Below are positions 15,730-27,767 of a stretch of DNA of 64,000 nucleotides, in pieces. The DNA comes from Oikopleura dioica (taxonomy: Eukaryota > Animalia > Chordata): contig OU015566.1 in NCBI GenBank assembly GCA_907165135.1, positions 11,532,001 to 11,596,000 on the forward strand, read 5' to 3'. Within the stretch, counting starts at the first letter, position 1; each line of letters begins with the position of its first letter. A program made the translations under genes and the position numbers. Below the pieces are notes generated by a model. The model saw nothing but the letters and a program-made list of their open reading frames with translations, did not search any database and was not told where the DNA came from.

Positions 15730-18700
15730 TGAAGGACTTTATTTTGCTCTTTTCTAGCGTCTCAGGTAGAGAAATGAAGAGAGATGAGAGCTAATTGATT
15801 TTATAGGAAGTGCACTTTTGGACTTTTGGGAGGACATTGATGTCTTTGCGGCGCAATGTTGCAAAAATATGCCGAGAAAGAACTCTGAGAGTTTTTCTTT
15901 GCGAATGGCGAAAATCAAGAGGTTCGCGGTTCCGCTTTATCAGGAAGAGGGAGAGTGCGAATCTGAAATAACAAATCCTACTTATGATACAGTAGAGGTA
16001 GTTCCCTACGATACAAGGTCGGATTCAAAAATTTCTAGCCGAGAGTGACCGTGAATTTTTATGAATCTCAGACAAGAAAATCCGTGGAAACAAATCTAAA
16101 AATCTTATCTACAATTCTTGATGAGTGGATGCTCTCCTACGCCTGTTTGCATGAAGACACCGCTCTAGCTTCTCGACAATTCAAAAACCCGATGAGAATC
16201 ATCGAAAATTTGAATAAACTCTCTGAAAAAATAACGGCTGAAGACAGCATCGCCCAAGAATATTCCTACGAGGTTTCATCTGAAAAGATGGATCACACTG
16301 CTGCAGAAGGCTACTGCTATGAAAAAGGAATGTGGCTTGCTGAGCCAGGAGCGGATCAAGATCGACTTGATGGCGTTCTTTCAGCCTTGAATGAAGAGGA
16401 AAAATACTGGTTTAATGGAAACTCGGAGTGCTCTTCTATAAACGCTGCCGGAGTGGAAGCTGAAGAGTCCTGCGAAGCCTCTCTGCCTGTTGTTTGCGAG
16501 AGCGGCGAGTTCTTTGGAACGAGTGAGCCTCCAACCGAGCCACCGACAGAACCACCAACTGAGCCTCCGAGAGTACCGTGCTCAACAGTCAACTACGCTA
16601 CTTGCTACGGTTTCGGAGACCCTCATTATATGACTTTCGACGGCGAGTATCACCATTTCCAAGGTCGCTGCGGGTACAAATTCATCGAGTCTTGGGGAAA
16701 CAGTGCTTATACGAATGTGCCTGGATTTTCCGTCAATGTCGACCAGAGAGCGCTCTATTGGGGAAGTGAGGAAGGAAAAAAGACTCTTGCGTACATTCAC
16801 GCTGTTGAAATCGAGTTCGCTGAAGAAGGAGCTGCCGAAGAAGATGAAGCGGCTTACTTCATGCGTCTCGAATTTGAAGGAAACTTCGGACAAGCTGCAA
16901 AATGGTCAATCGAGAATCGAGCAACAGGAGAATCCTGGGATCAAGATCATGTCGCTACGGATTTTCAAGTTTCTACTCGAGGCGGTAGAGTCACCTTATC
17001 AACTTGGTTTGGCATGGACTTATACTACGATACGACGCAACTGAAGCTCGACGTTCGCCTCCCTGATTGCTACAAAAATGTCGTCAACGGATTGTGTGGA
17101 AATTGGGATGGCAATACGTACGACAGCTTTGATTTCCTCGGAAAGAATATGGACAACTGGCGAGGCAATCAAGAAGGGTTGATGGAATGGGCCGATGATT
17201 TCATTCTCTTGGACATGGTTCGCAAGGCTGGCCCTGGTGGAATGCCGGAGATCGAGCAATGCAAGCCTGAAACAGACCTTAATTGCCCGGATTCAGCTAC
17301 TGTTGAAGGACTTTGCTCAGTCCTTGATGATGAAAATGAAGATTCAACGCTTTTTGCTCCTTGTGACTCGTACATCGACCGATCAGCTTTTTACACTTCC
17401 TGCTATCTTGACACTTGTGAGGATCAATCTATGTTCTGCGGTGCAGTAGGAAACTTTGCTAATCAATGCTTGAACTCTCTCGCTGAAAATGAACGGACGG
17501 CAGAGATCTGTAACTGGGCAGATACTGTCGGCTGCAAACCAACTTGCGGGCAGAATAGCGAATATCAGGGATGCACTGATTCCTGCACGGCTAGTCGAAC
17601 CTGTCAAAATCGCCATCTATCAGACCTACAGCGCTGTGGCAGCGAGGAAACAAGTGTCGTTGAAAGCTTGTGTGTCTGCCAAAAAGGGTATATTCTTGAG
17701 AACAACGTTTGTATCTTGGAAAGTGACTGTGGGTGTATCTTCGATCAGAACGGCTTGTATTTCTCTCTGGATGAATCATTTGTCTATGAAGAGCAACTTT
17801 GCACTTGCACGAAAGCTGGAATCTCATGTGATACATTCGTTCCACCAACCCCGACTCCTCCACCAGAGGGTTGTCGAAAAAGCCTCAGTTTCGTGAAATT
17901 CTCCGACGAACAAATGTCATCTCTTGCTGCCAGCGCTGTCTGTGAGGATAATGGAGGGCACTTGGCCTTCTTCAAAAACCAAGAAGAATACGATCTCTTC
18001 AAATCTTCTGTTAACATGGAAGGGAATGAGCTGCTCGGATTCTCCAGAAATCCTGAAAATCTCGAAGAATGGCTTTACGCAGATTTGTCCGTCGCTGAAT
18101 TTTTTGACTGGGGAGTCGGACAGCCTGATAACATGGAAGATAAATGCGCAGAGCTGGTTTTGCCAAGCATGTTCGATGAAGAAGGAGTCATTGCAATGAA
18201 CGACATAAACTGTTTGAAAAAACGCAAATTTTCTTGTCGAGTTGAGGTTCAAAAGCGAAGCAATTTAACGCTCTTAATCTGTTTCTAGGAAATGATAGCT
18301 GTTGGAGAATCATTCTCCACGGAGACTGAAAACTGCGAGTGTACCGCTGACGGCCTTTCCTGTTCTCCAATTTCTGCTTGCCCCGAGTTCCGAAGAATGG
18401 AAGGCGAAGCGACTAATCCGGAGGCAAAACTTCAATGCGAAGAGCTTGGAGGACACATTGCCTTTTTCAAAAACGAAGCAGAATATAATTATTTCATGTC
18501 TCTTGGAAATAACCGTCGTGAATGGCTCGGTAAGAGGAAATAGAATAATACGGGCTTAAAGGAGATTACTTAGGATATTTCCGAACCGGACCTGGCGTGG
18601 AAGACTGGGAAGCACAGGATGGCTCGCTTGACTTTTACCTGAACTGGGGCTGGCGGGAACCAAACAATCTACACGGCATCGAAAACTGCGCGGAAATCGA

Positions 18701-18815
18701 CATGCAAAACGAAGGTGTTATGAATGACTTGCCATCTTCGACTGCTTGGGGAACTGTTTACAAGCGTTACTTTTCCTGTAGACTACCTTCCACCTCCAGA
18801 ATAAATGAGTGCTAG
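15730..18815 (+). CDS. Secreted mosaic protein: degenerate C-type lectin, PPTE linker, VWD-C8-TIL, two C-type lectin domains (zonadhesin/oikosin-like)
   Basis: Signal-like MKDFILLFSSVS. VWD motifs FGDPHYMTFDG and NGLCGNWDG. TIL CGQNSEYQGC...CVCQKGYILENNVC. CTLDs with WGVGQPDN and WGWREPNN. Confidence 0.85.
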
Positions 18816-19884
18816 AATTCTCTTCCTTCTAAAACGTGCGTCGATTAAGAGTTGTAATTGAATGAAGTGCGACAGTACTTTCGAAAGATAACACCGTTGA
18901 TAAATTCCTTGTTCGGCGGATTTTCACAAGGAAGCTTCTTTTGAGTCGCTACAAGGCTAGCCTTCTTATCAACAGAGATCGGATGGGTTTGTGTGTTTTT
19001 ATCAACAACTTTAAAACTTAATACTTTTAATGAAACAGAGATCGACAATTTTGTTTTCTTGTAGATACTAACAACATGAAACTTTTTATAGACTAAAGTT
19101 CGAAATGAAAACTAACTGAAAGTTCGACGAGTAAAGAGACAACTGTACATACTGTGCATAATTTACCCGTTTTTTCTTACTCTTAGCTTTATCGACAAGC
19201 TTGATCATGAAGAATCTACTGTATCACACCCTTTTTTAAAAATTTTAAGCAGAATTTCTTCAGAAAATGTGCAATCTCCGCATGTCATGAAAAACAGCTT
19301 CCCTCCTGTCTTGCTTGCAGCCCTCATACGCGCTGGGAAGTTCAAACGATGATGCCTCCGGCGTTTTTGAAGCTCTTTCGTCCCCTCTTCCATTCTAGTA
19401 CCCCAACCCTAAATAAGTCTCAGCCATCGTTCACTTTTTCTCAATTCCAAGATTTCAATAGAGATAAAAAAATGTTGAAGAGTTAATGCACTGGTCATAT
19501 CCTTGGGACAATTTATGCATTTTTGCTATGAGAAACAACAAACTCTTCAAATTATCAGTCAAGTTAATAAAAGAGAAATAAAAATCGAGACATGAAGAAA
19601 ATAAGAAAATTGTTGGAGGTGCTCTCTTTACTGGAACGGGGACTAGAGATAACAGCTTGAGTTTTATCTGTTGTAAGCCGCGCAGAGAAAATAAATTATG
19701 ACCAAGTGGAGAATTTGTAGAGCGGGATTAACGTTTTGCGGGAAGCTTTCAGCGCTTTTAAATAAAAAAAATCCTGGCATTGATTTTTTTATTCATTAGA
19801 TTACAAAATACATAATTTGGAAATCCTCCAAGTTAGTTAGACCATAACATCATACTGTATTATAAATCTAGTCCCAAACAATAG

Positions 19885-22800
19885 ATAACTGTTCATGCGA
19901 ACCAAAACGACTGCCCCGACAAAATCTTTTCCGTAACCGACCAGTGGAAGGATGGATTTCGCGGTTCAATCTGTTTCAAACCTCCTGCTGATTACACGAA
20001 TCCGGAGCCATGGAATATTACCATTCAGGTCACGGGATAACAACATGTTTAGCCCAAAACAGAGTTACGAATTGTAAACCCCGTTCTAAAAGTTCGACAC
20101 TCCTATTGAAAATTTCAACGCGCAACAAGCGCTCTTAAAAGTCAAAAACGTTACTCAAGATAATTCCACGTTTGTTGTCGAATGTTTCCCGCAAGACTGC
20201 AAATTGGAAAATGGGAAGCCGGCGAAATTTGGCTTCATGGGCATGTTCACGGAAGATATGTACGACGAGGAAAATGAAATACAGCTTCCAAAGGGAGGGT
20301 TGAATTTTTCCGACGGAGGAGTTAGATAAGAGCCCGCATAAAAAGAATAAAAGTGACATTTTTTGAATTTCTGCTAAAGAATTGGGGGGAATTGATTTCA
20401 CGGCTTATCAATTAGGAGCACTACAGAAAACGCTCATTATAAAGCCATATCAATCCTATTTTACCTGAATTTCGAACGTTTGGATGACTTTGATGACCGT
20501 GAAAATATTATGAAAATAAGCTCGTTTCGAACTCTCGCAGTTTCTGATTCGGAATTTAACCTTATTGAAGACAGAAGTAATCTGGTTGCTCGGGACAAAT
20601 GTGACTCAAGTAATCCACGACTCTTCCATTACTACAACTAAAGCGCCAATAACGGCATCAACTCTCAATCCTGGTGATCCGACGGAGGTGCCGACGATTT
20701 ATGACATGGATGGGGGAACAATAGAGCCGATTACTGAAGAACCAGAGTTGCCTCATGACTGGGTTCAGCCAGAGCCAGAGTGGGCCAAGTTCAAGCTGCC
20801 TTTTAGTAGCCCACATGCAAGGAAACGGTTTTTTGTTTGAATGTTTTGGTAGATCATGAAGAGTAGTAGATCATTCTTCAGCCATTTTTAATACTTTCGA
20901 ATTTGCTCAAGCGGAAAAATTCCAGTATAGAAAAAACTAAACCTTACTCAGCAAAATTGCTCAACTTGAAATCAACTACCCCGATGCTTTGAAAAAATCA
21001 ATTCTCTTCTACGAAGCCCAGCGCTCTGGAATTCTTCCAGAGAGCAACCGCATTCCCTGGCGGCACGACTCCTTTCTTCTCGATCTTGGCCCAATGAAAG
21101 AAAAACTTCACGGTGGCTACTTCGATGCAGGGGATCACATGAAATTCACGTTTCCAATGGCGTTTTCTATGACAATGCTTTCTTGGGGGCTTTTGCAGTA
21201 CTGGGAGACGTACGAATCGATTGGAGAGCTGGAAAACGCAGTAGACCAAATCAAATGGGGCGTCGACTGGTTGGTCAAGGCAAATGCTCGCGAAAACGTG
21301 TTGTTTGTCGTCGTTGGGGATCCAAAAAAGGACCATGATTACTGGGGACGAGCAGAGAACTTCACTGACTTTCGTGCCGGACAAATGGTAACTGAAGGGT
21401 CGCCTGGGTCAGACGTCGCGGCAGAAGTGGCGGCGGCGATGGCAGCAGCTTCACTCGTGTTGACAAAGTGGGGGGATGAGTCAATTTTTCCTAAACAGTT
21501 ACAAGCAAGGGCAGAAATGCTTATTGACTTTGCGGCCTCGCACAGAAGGATGTATCACCAGGTAATACAAGAAAAAACACAAGAAAAACACCATAAAATT
21601 ACTTTTCAAAGGACAGGTTGCCCCATTTCTCTACAACTCTTTGCATCCACCCCTAGCTACCAAAATATAGCATCGAGAGGGCCAGCTTTTTTGCTGGACT
21701 CTTAATTTCTGGCAAGCCACCGTAAGGTGGCCCGCTTCTTATAAAAATGAAACTCCTGAAGCGGGATTATTTGAAAACCATAAATCTACTCCCAAAAGAA
21801 AAAGGCGCTAAAAAAAATCTGCTTTTAATGTGATTTTGTAAATTTATATTTATTTCACCCAATTTTTGGCAAGCCACAGGTAGGTGGCCCGTGTTGAACA
21901 ACTACCTGACCATGAACAGCGATAGGCGCCGAAAAACCATAATAAAAGTGCCGCCAGGGAGTGTCGGCGACTTTCGAATCGATAAAATTCTGTCTTCCGG
22001 CGGACCGCGGTTTTTTCCCGCTTCCAGCATGTCCTCCGAGTCCGGCCTTTTTTGGTCGGACATCTAATTTTTGGCCTGCCACCGGAAGGTGGCGCTTTTA
22101 TTCGAATGACTCATTTATTCAGTCGGTCCCTGTACTGGCGAAACACTACAAGAGCAGTGGATACAAGGACGAGCTGGTCTGGGGAGCCGCTTGGGTCTAC
22201 CGAGCCACTGGGAAGCAAACGTATTTTGATCTGGCTAAAGACTGGTACAATGAATACGGAATGGCAAAAGCACCACTGGGAATGCGATTCAGCTGGGATG
22301 ACAAAACTATCGGAGCACAAGTCATGATGGCGCAAATTACTGATGATCTAGGGCTGAAGTGAGTTCTTCAAAAATTGATTTTCAACATTTTTCAAAATGC
22401 TTTATGAAATTGTAGGGCAAAATACCAGTTGCACGCGGAGAGCTACTGCAACGACATTCAAAAGCGCTCCAAAGCTCTTTATACACCTGGCGGGCTCGTG
22501 TATCTCGACGAGTGGGGCCCAATCCGTTATGCAATGAACGCCGCTTTCGCCTGCCTACTTGTCTCCGATCAAACGGAAGATGTGTACTTAGCACGGTAAG
22601 AATTTTTATTTTGCGTTGTTTTTTTTCAGTTGAGAAAAATCTGCTGGATGTCGCGCTCGTCAGCGTAAATGTTGCATTTCGGGCAGCGTTGATTTTCTCG
22701 TAGCGCTTTGAGTAGACAGCTCCTGCCAAATACGTGTCCACAATTGATCCGTGCGGTCCAATGGTCAACCTCGTCGTAGTTACTAAAGTTAACAATCAGG

Positions 22801-24756
22801 GCGGAATTCGCGAGCTGAAATCTTACTCCAGGCAGATTGGACATTCTGGGGTCGTTTTGAGGTCATCCCAGGTCTTTCCTTTGCCACTGAGTTTTTGCTC
22901 AAGTTGTCTGAAAAATTTTCTAGCTACGCCCTTAACAGAAGTCATAATTAAGACTTGACAGTTTACAATGAGAGTTTAATATTATATTTTTGTTTTGATT
23001 GGCTTTCATAAACACTGTCTCTCATGTTTTTACCATCGATAACCAATCTTACTTGATTCTCATTTGTTGAGCTTGATTCCTCGATCTTTCCTTCTCCAAC
23101 TCCGCTTGAAGTCGTGAAATGGTACATTTTCGTTGATGGTTGACTTCGTTCAACTCGCTAATCTTATTCTGGTACTCTTGAAGCTTCTGGCCATCAGATG
23201 CTCCTTGAGGATTATTTTGAGCATTCCCAAAGACGTTAGCGCCAATTTTGATGTTAACGTTCTGAAAGGCACCGTGAGAGTATCCACGTTTCGAAGGGCC
23301 GAACATGTCGTTTATAATTTCATCGTGTAAATCGCGTGCAAAATTCTTGTTGTATGTTTTCCAGCTTGATGCTTTTTGCTTGCCATTTTTCCGAGCCCTA
23401 AATCATCATTTTTTCTTTATTTTCTTTATCGTTACCTTGGCGTAAACTCAGGAACATTGGGAAGATCCGGAAGAGCTTCGTCCGTATCGAAAACCCCGGA
23501 CTGGCGCAAATGAGGATTCCCCATCCCGGCATACTGCCCCGAATTTATGTTGATATTCCAGCTCATCTCTTTCTCGCTCTGAACTGGGACTGTAATGAGG
23601 AAATATCTCTGTAGTTACAACAAAATTTCCCATCCTATCCTACGACCAAACTTGTCAATAGAGACCCCATCAAAAACAAATAATGATAGACACTGCATTT
23701 TTGATTTTTCGAACTGACCAGTTCCTATTTCAGTACAGAAACGTAATTAATATTTTGAGCGAATAAAAAAACATAAATTATTTTTTATAGTTTTAACTTA
23801 TATTTACCTATTTATCCCAGTAAGGACTTTTATTATGAAATAGCCAGGTATATATTCTTACAGACTCAGGTGCAGACAGTTCCGTACAGTATCCTAACGC
23901 CATATTTTTATGTGAAGCTTTATTCCAGATGATCATAATGTTCACGATGTCGACATCATTTCATGTTTTTATGCACTTTTTTCAAATGTCCTCTTTATAT
24001 GATAAAAATCATGCAAAAGAGGGCGCTACTAGATGCAGTTAAATCTAAGCGGGAGGGCAAAAACACCTGGATCCGTCGAGTTTCTGAGGGTGATCTGTTC
24101 TGAAAAAAATGGTTTACTTTGAAACGAACCATCATCAACCTTTCAGACGTCTTCATAAATGGTCCCAATCGCAAGTCGACTACGTTCTTGGTGCAAAACT
24201 GAATGGTTTCTCCTTCATGGTCGGATTTGGAAAGAAATATCCATTGCGACCGCATCATCGAGGGTCTTCTTGTCCGACGAATATCACCGAAGTCTGCAAC
24301 TACAACTTTGCGATGACGGACGAGAGAAATCCGATCATCATTTGGGGAGCAGTTGTCGGCGGCCCGGATAGACACGATGGGTACAAAGGTAAGCTTGGAT
24401 TTTGTTTTTGAAAGAATGTCAACCAGTATTTCATCGATGATTTTTTCGCCTGTCAAATTGATTGAGGTTTGAAATTGAAGCTGAATTCAGATGAGCGATT
24501 GCAATTCCGTCAGTCTGAGGTCGCGCTCGACTTTAACGCTGGCTTTCAATCAGCAACCGCGGGCATACTGCATCACGTGATTATCGGCAGACCCAAGGTG
24601 AGTGCAACTGCTGAACTCAATCGTTTTGCTCAATCGAAAGGGGAGTTCGGCGGGTCTTTGCCCTTGCTCTTCTTTTGCGTCACAAGATTCGGGGGATTAA
24701 TGAGTACAAAAATTATCTTACCTTTTGGACAACCCTTACAGGTCTTACAGATCTAA
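19885..24756 (+). CDS. GH9 endoglucanase (cellulase) with N-terminal CBM2-like module and Thr/Pro linker; first (signal) exon not resolved
   Basis: KSILFYEAQRSG, GGYFDAGDHMKF, YKDELVWGAAW, WGPIRYAMNAAF, PHHRGSSC, GAVVGGPD, SEVALDFNAGF (catalytic Asp/Asp/Glu present). N-terminal VTDQWKDGFRGSI...WNITIQFD. The C-terminus may instead splice and end near 24700. Confidence 0.92.
22626..23566 (-). CDS. Coiled-coil + C-terminal RING finger protein (RFWD3-type CGHxFG RING) nested antisense in cellulase intron
   Basis: Spliced model from ATG 23566: coiled coil KLQEYQNKISELNEV...RIKQLEQKL, then CPICLDNYDEVDHWTARINCGHVFGRSCLLKALRENQRCPKC. Lies wholly within host intron 22596-24146. Confidence 0.8.
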
Positions 24757-27700
24757 CTAAGCCGATACTTTTAAATTTAATTCTGAGTCGTGCGTAGACG
24801 TCTCAAATTATTGAAATACATTTTCATAGAAAATAAAATTATGGTCTATTTTTTTATTATTTTATTTTTAAGGAAATCTACCGCGTGCTACCAGAAAACA
24901 GCCTCTCCGAAGAACAGTTACTCACCACAACAAATTCACCTCCAACTACCCAAAGTTCCTCCTCCGCCCTCTTTCTCAATTTTTTATGCAGTTTACTTTT
25001 ACTTTTGTTCATATAGCTTCATTTTTATACCTCGCTGTTTTTTACTGTATAAATATACATAATCCAATCTGACTGTTCTTATAAATCAAGAATTCGAGCA
25101 GGTAAATCTCGACTTTATTAATTGGATCTGTTAATTGTGGTAACCGCTCTGGCGAGATAAAAAATAATCCGTCTCTTGTCAGTGCGAAATTGAAAGATAT
25201 AAATTAAAAGAATTGATTAAAATAGAAATCATTTTGGGCATACTCGCTCGCCTATGTTTAGTTTCAGGATCAGCCGAATCAGGAAGATCAGATTTGAATT
25301 TTAAATTTGAAAAATCAAAAAAATCAGAGAATAAGGGTGTACCCTAAAAGCCCGAGAAGAACAACAGGTATGATTTATTAAGGGTGTCAACAACGATTTT
25401 GAGCATTTCTGGCCTTTTAATAAGGGAGCTTATTACGAATTAAATTCTAAAAAGACTTCTTGGCTGAACTTACAGAACATGTAAATCTGCTAGATAGTCG
25501 GAGATCTAGTCGGACAGCCGCTCAGATCCGGCTAATTAGGCTCAGTGTCAGTAATTTTTTGATTTCTCGCCCCCGAGCGCGTATGCCCGCGATTTCGATT
25601 GATTTTTGATTTCTAAATTAATAACCACTCTGCAACACTATTTTTTCGCAAATTCTGGGTCAGAACAAATCTGTCCAGGGTTTGGTTGAAGGAGCCACGA
25701 GGGTGTGCATGTGTGCCCAAATCACTTTTCTCACTTTTCTCATTACGGAAAATTGAAAGAAACGCGCCTGATGCGAAAAATAATTACCATCTGAGAGAAT
25801 TTGAGCCAGTTGCCAAGCCAGCCGTGAAGTCGGCCTTAGGGCTGAGTAAAAAGGCCCTAAGGGGAGAGATTTGATAAAACCGGAAGTTGACGAAAAATGC
25901 CAAGAGTTGCCAGTGCCGGTGTCGCGGCAAATGTCCTCGGCACGGGGAGTAGAATTATACGCCCGCCAAGACAAATCAAGGTAGTGCTCTAGTGTTATCA
26001 CTGATATTTTCATAAAATTTGTGGGAGTGAATTGCATGCGGATCAGATCTAAATGTTTATATTTTGAAATCAATCTGATTCTGTCAAAATTATTAATCAA
26101 AAATGATTACTAATAGTTTGTGGTCTTTCTGAATTATTATTCTAGAGAGAAATTCTAGTGAGAAGGAACGTTAAAATTAAAATGACCTCTCTGCGCCATA
26201 TTTCCTGAGGCGAGAAAGTCGATATAATCCAAAGAGAACAGGGGATAATTGACCACTCAGCCGGTTAAATAATGCACAAGACTGCACAAACGCCTACTCA
26301 AAGCACAACTGTGTGCCTTAGTTGTGCCCTTGAACCGGTAAAAATTGTCTTTATCACCAAGAGAAACGGTCATCTACTCCAGAGAATTACCAAGTTTCGA
26401 GCAAACTATCAAGTTTATTGGATCAATAATTGAAGCAAAACGAACTTGTCACTAGAATTTTCTTATCCTTTTTCGAAGCCTTTTTACAAATTTTCTTCCA
26501 TGATTTCAATATCAATTTTTACAGACGGCTTTATGATTAGGTCCCCATGTTGCTTTTCTTTTCGTAGTCATCGCGTCAATTTCTCATTCCTGGACAGGTA
26601 GTCCTGTCGTTAGACGGTTGGGGCGGCGCAGATGCAGCAAGGAAACGTTTGGGGTTGATATTCAAGGGCCTTGGCACGTGTCCTTGCCGATAGCGCGTGA
26701 CTATCAAAAACTCGAAAAATCATGCATTTTTGTTCTTTAGAGCTTGCTCAGGCCGACGCTGCCCAAGAATCCGGAAGATGAACAGAGAGAGCTGCTCAAG
26801 GAGAGAAATAGATTAGAGAGGCTTACGGAGAGTATGATAAGAAGTCAAAAATATAATTTTTTTTTTACAAAAATGACAAGTTCGAATTAATTGAAAAACT
26901 TCAATTTTGATCCATTGCGGAAGCAATAAAAACCTTCGTGCGGCGATCATTACCATTTCGAAGGGACGAATTAATCCCATGGCAATTTCGTGAAAAAAAC
27001 CCGCCCTTGAGATAAATAGTTTTTGACTTTTGTGAACCCGGCTGTATCGGCGGCGAGAGTTGCTCGCAGAAATGCGACGAAGAAACAACCACCTGATAGG
27101 TATGAAAATATTTGCGCTAGAATGTAGTGCCACTTAGTTATTCAGAAGGAATAGATTTCACTACAGATTTATAGCAACATTTTTTTCCAGCAGATTCTTT
27201 CCGAATAATCGTGGATTAACGAGTTTTGCACAATTTCCATTGAAAATTTGTTATGAAGATCGTCATTTTAATCAAAAATTAAGGCGCAACGCAATGAGCC
27301 AAATGAGTCACCGAAAGAGTCTTGTCCGTGGGATGATCTCCGTCGCCTGTGGCGAGGTAAGAAGCCGTCTTTGAACGCGAAAACGAACCCAAACCAGATT
27401 TTAACCTCAAATGACTCTTTTATTCAGAGGAATTTATTACATATTCGAAAATGTTTCTCATAATAGACCTTATATCATATAAAATCGATGCAGCCTTAAA
27501 AAAGTTGATTGATGTCTCAATTAATGAACGCTTACAGTAAGAGCTTTAGCCCCTTAGAAAACGACACGCTAAATGGCATTTCGGGAATTCATCATTCTTG
27601 TCGGCGCATGTTTAATTTTTGATTTTGGCGAATTCGCGCGCCTTAGGCGCTTTTCATACTTCGTGATCTCATAATGCGCTTCTCGCTTGACTCAAATTTA

Positions 27701-27767
27701 CCCTTTTTTCTGAAAGAAGTATGACGTCCAAAAGGATAAATTTTGTTCACCAACATTTTTATTCTAG

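Noticed and set aside
24760-26500. ORFs 24790-25062, 25660-26100 and 25686-25874 as genes
   Set aside because: They have AT-rich, low-complexity composition with no motifs or coherent splice structure, and are treated as intergenic.
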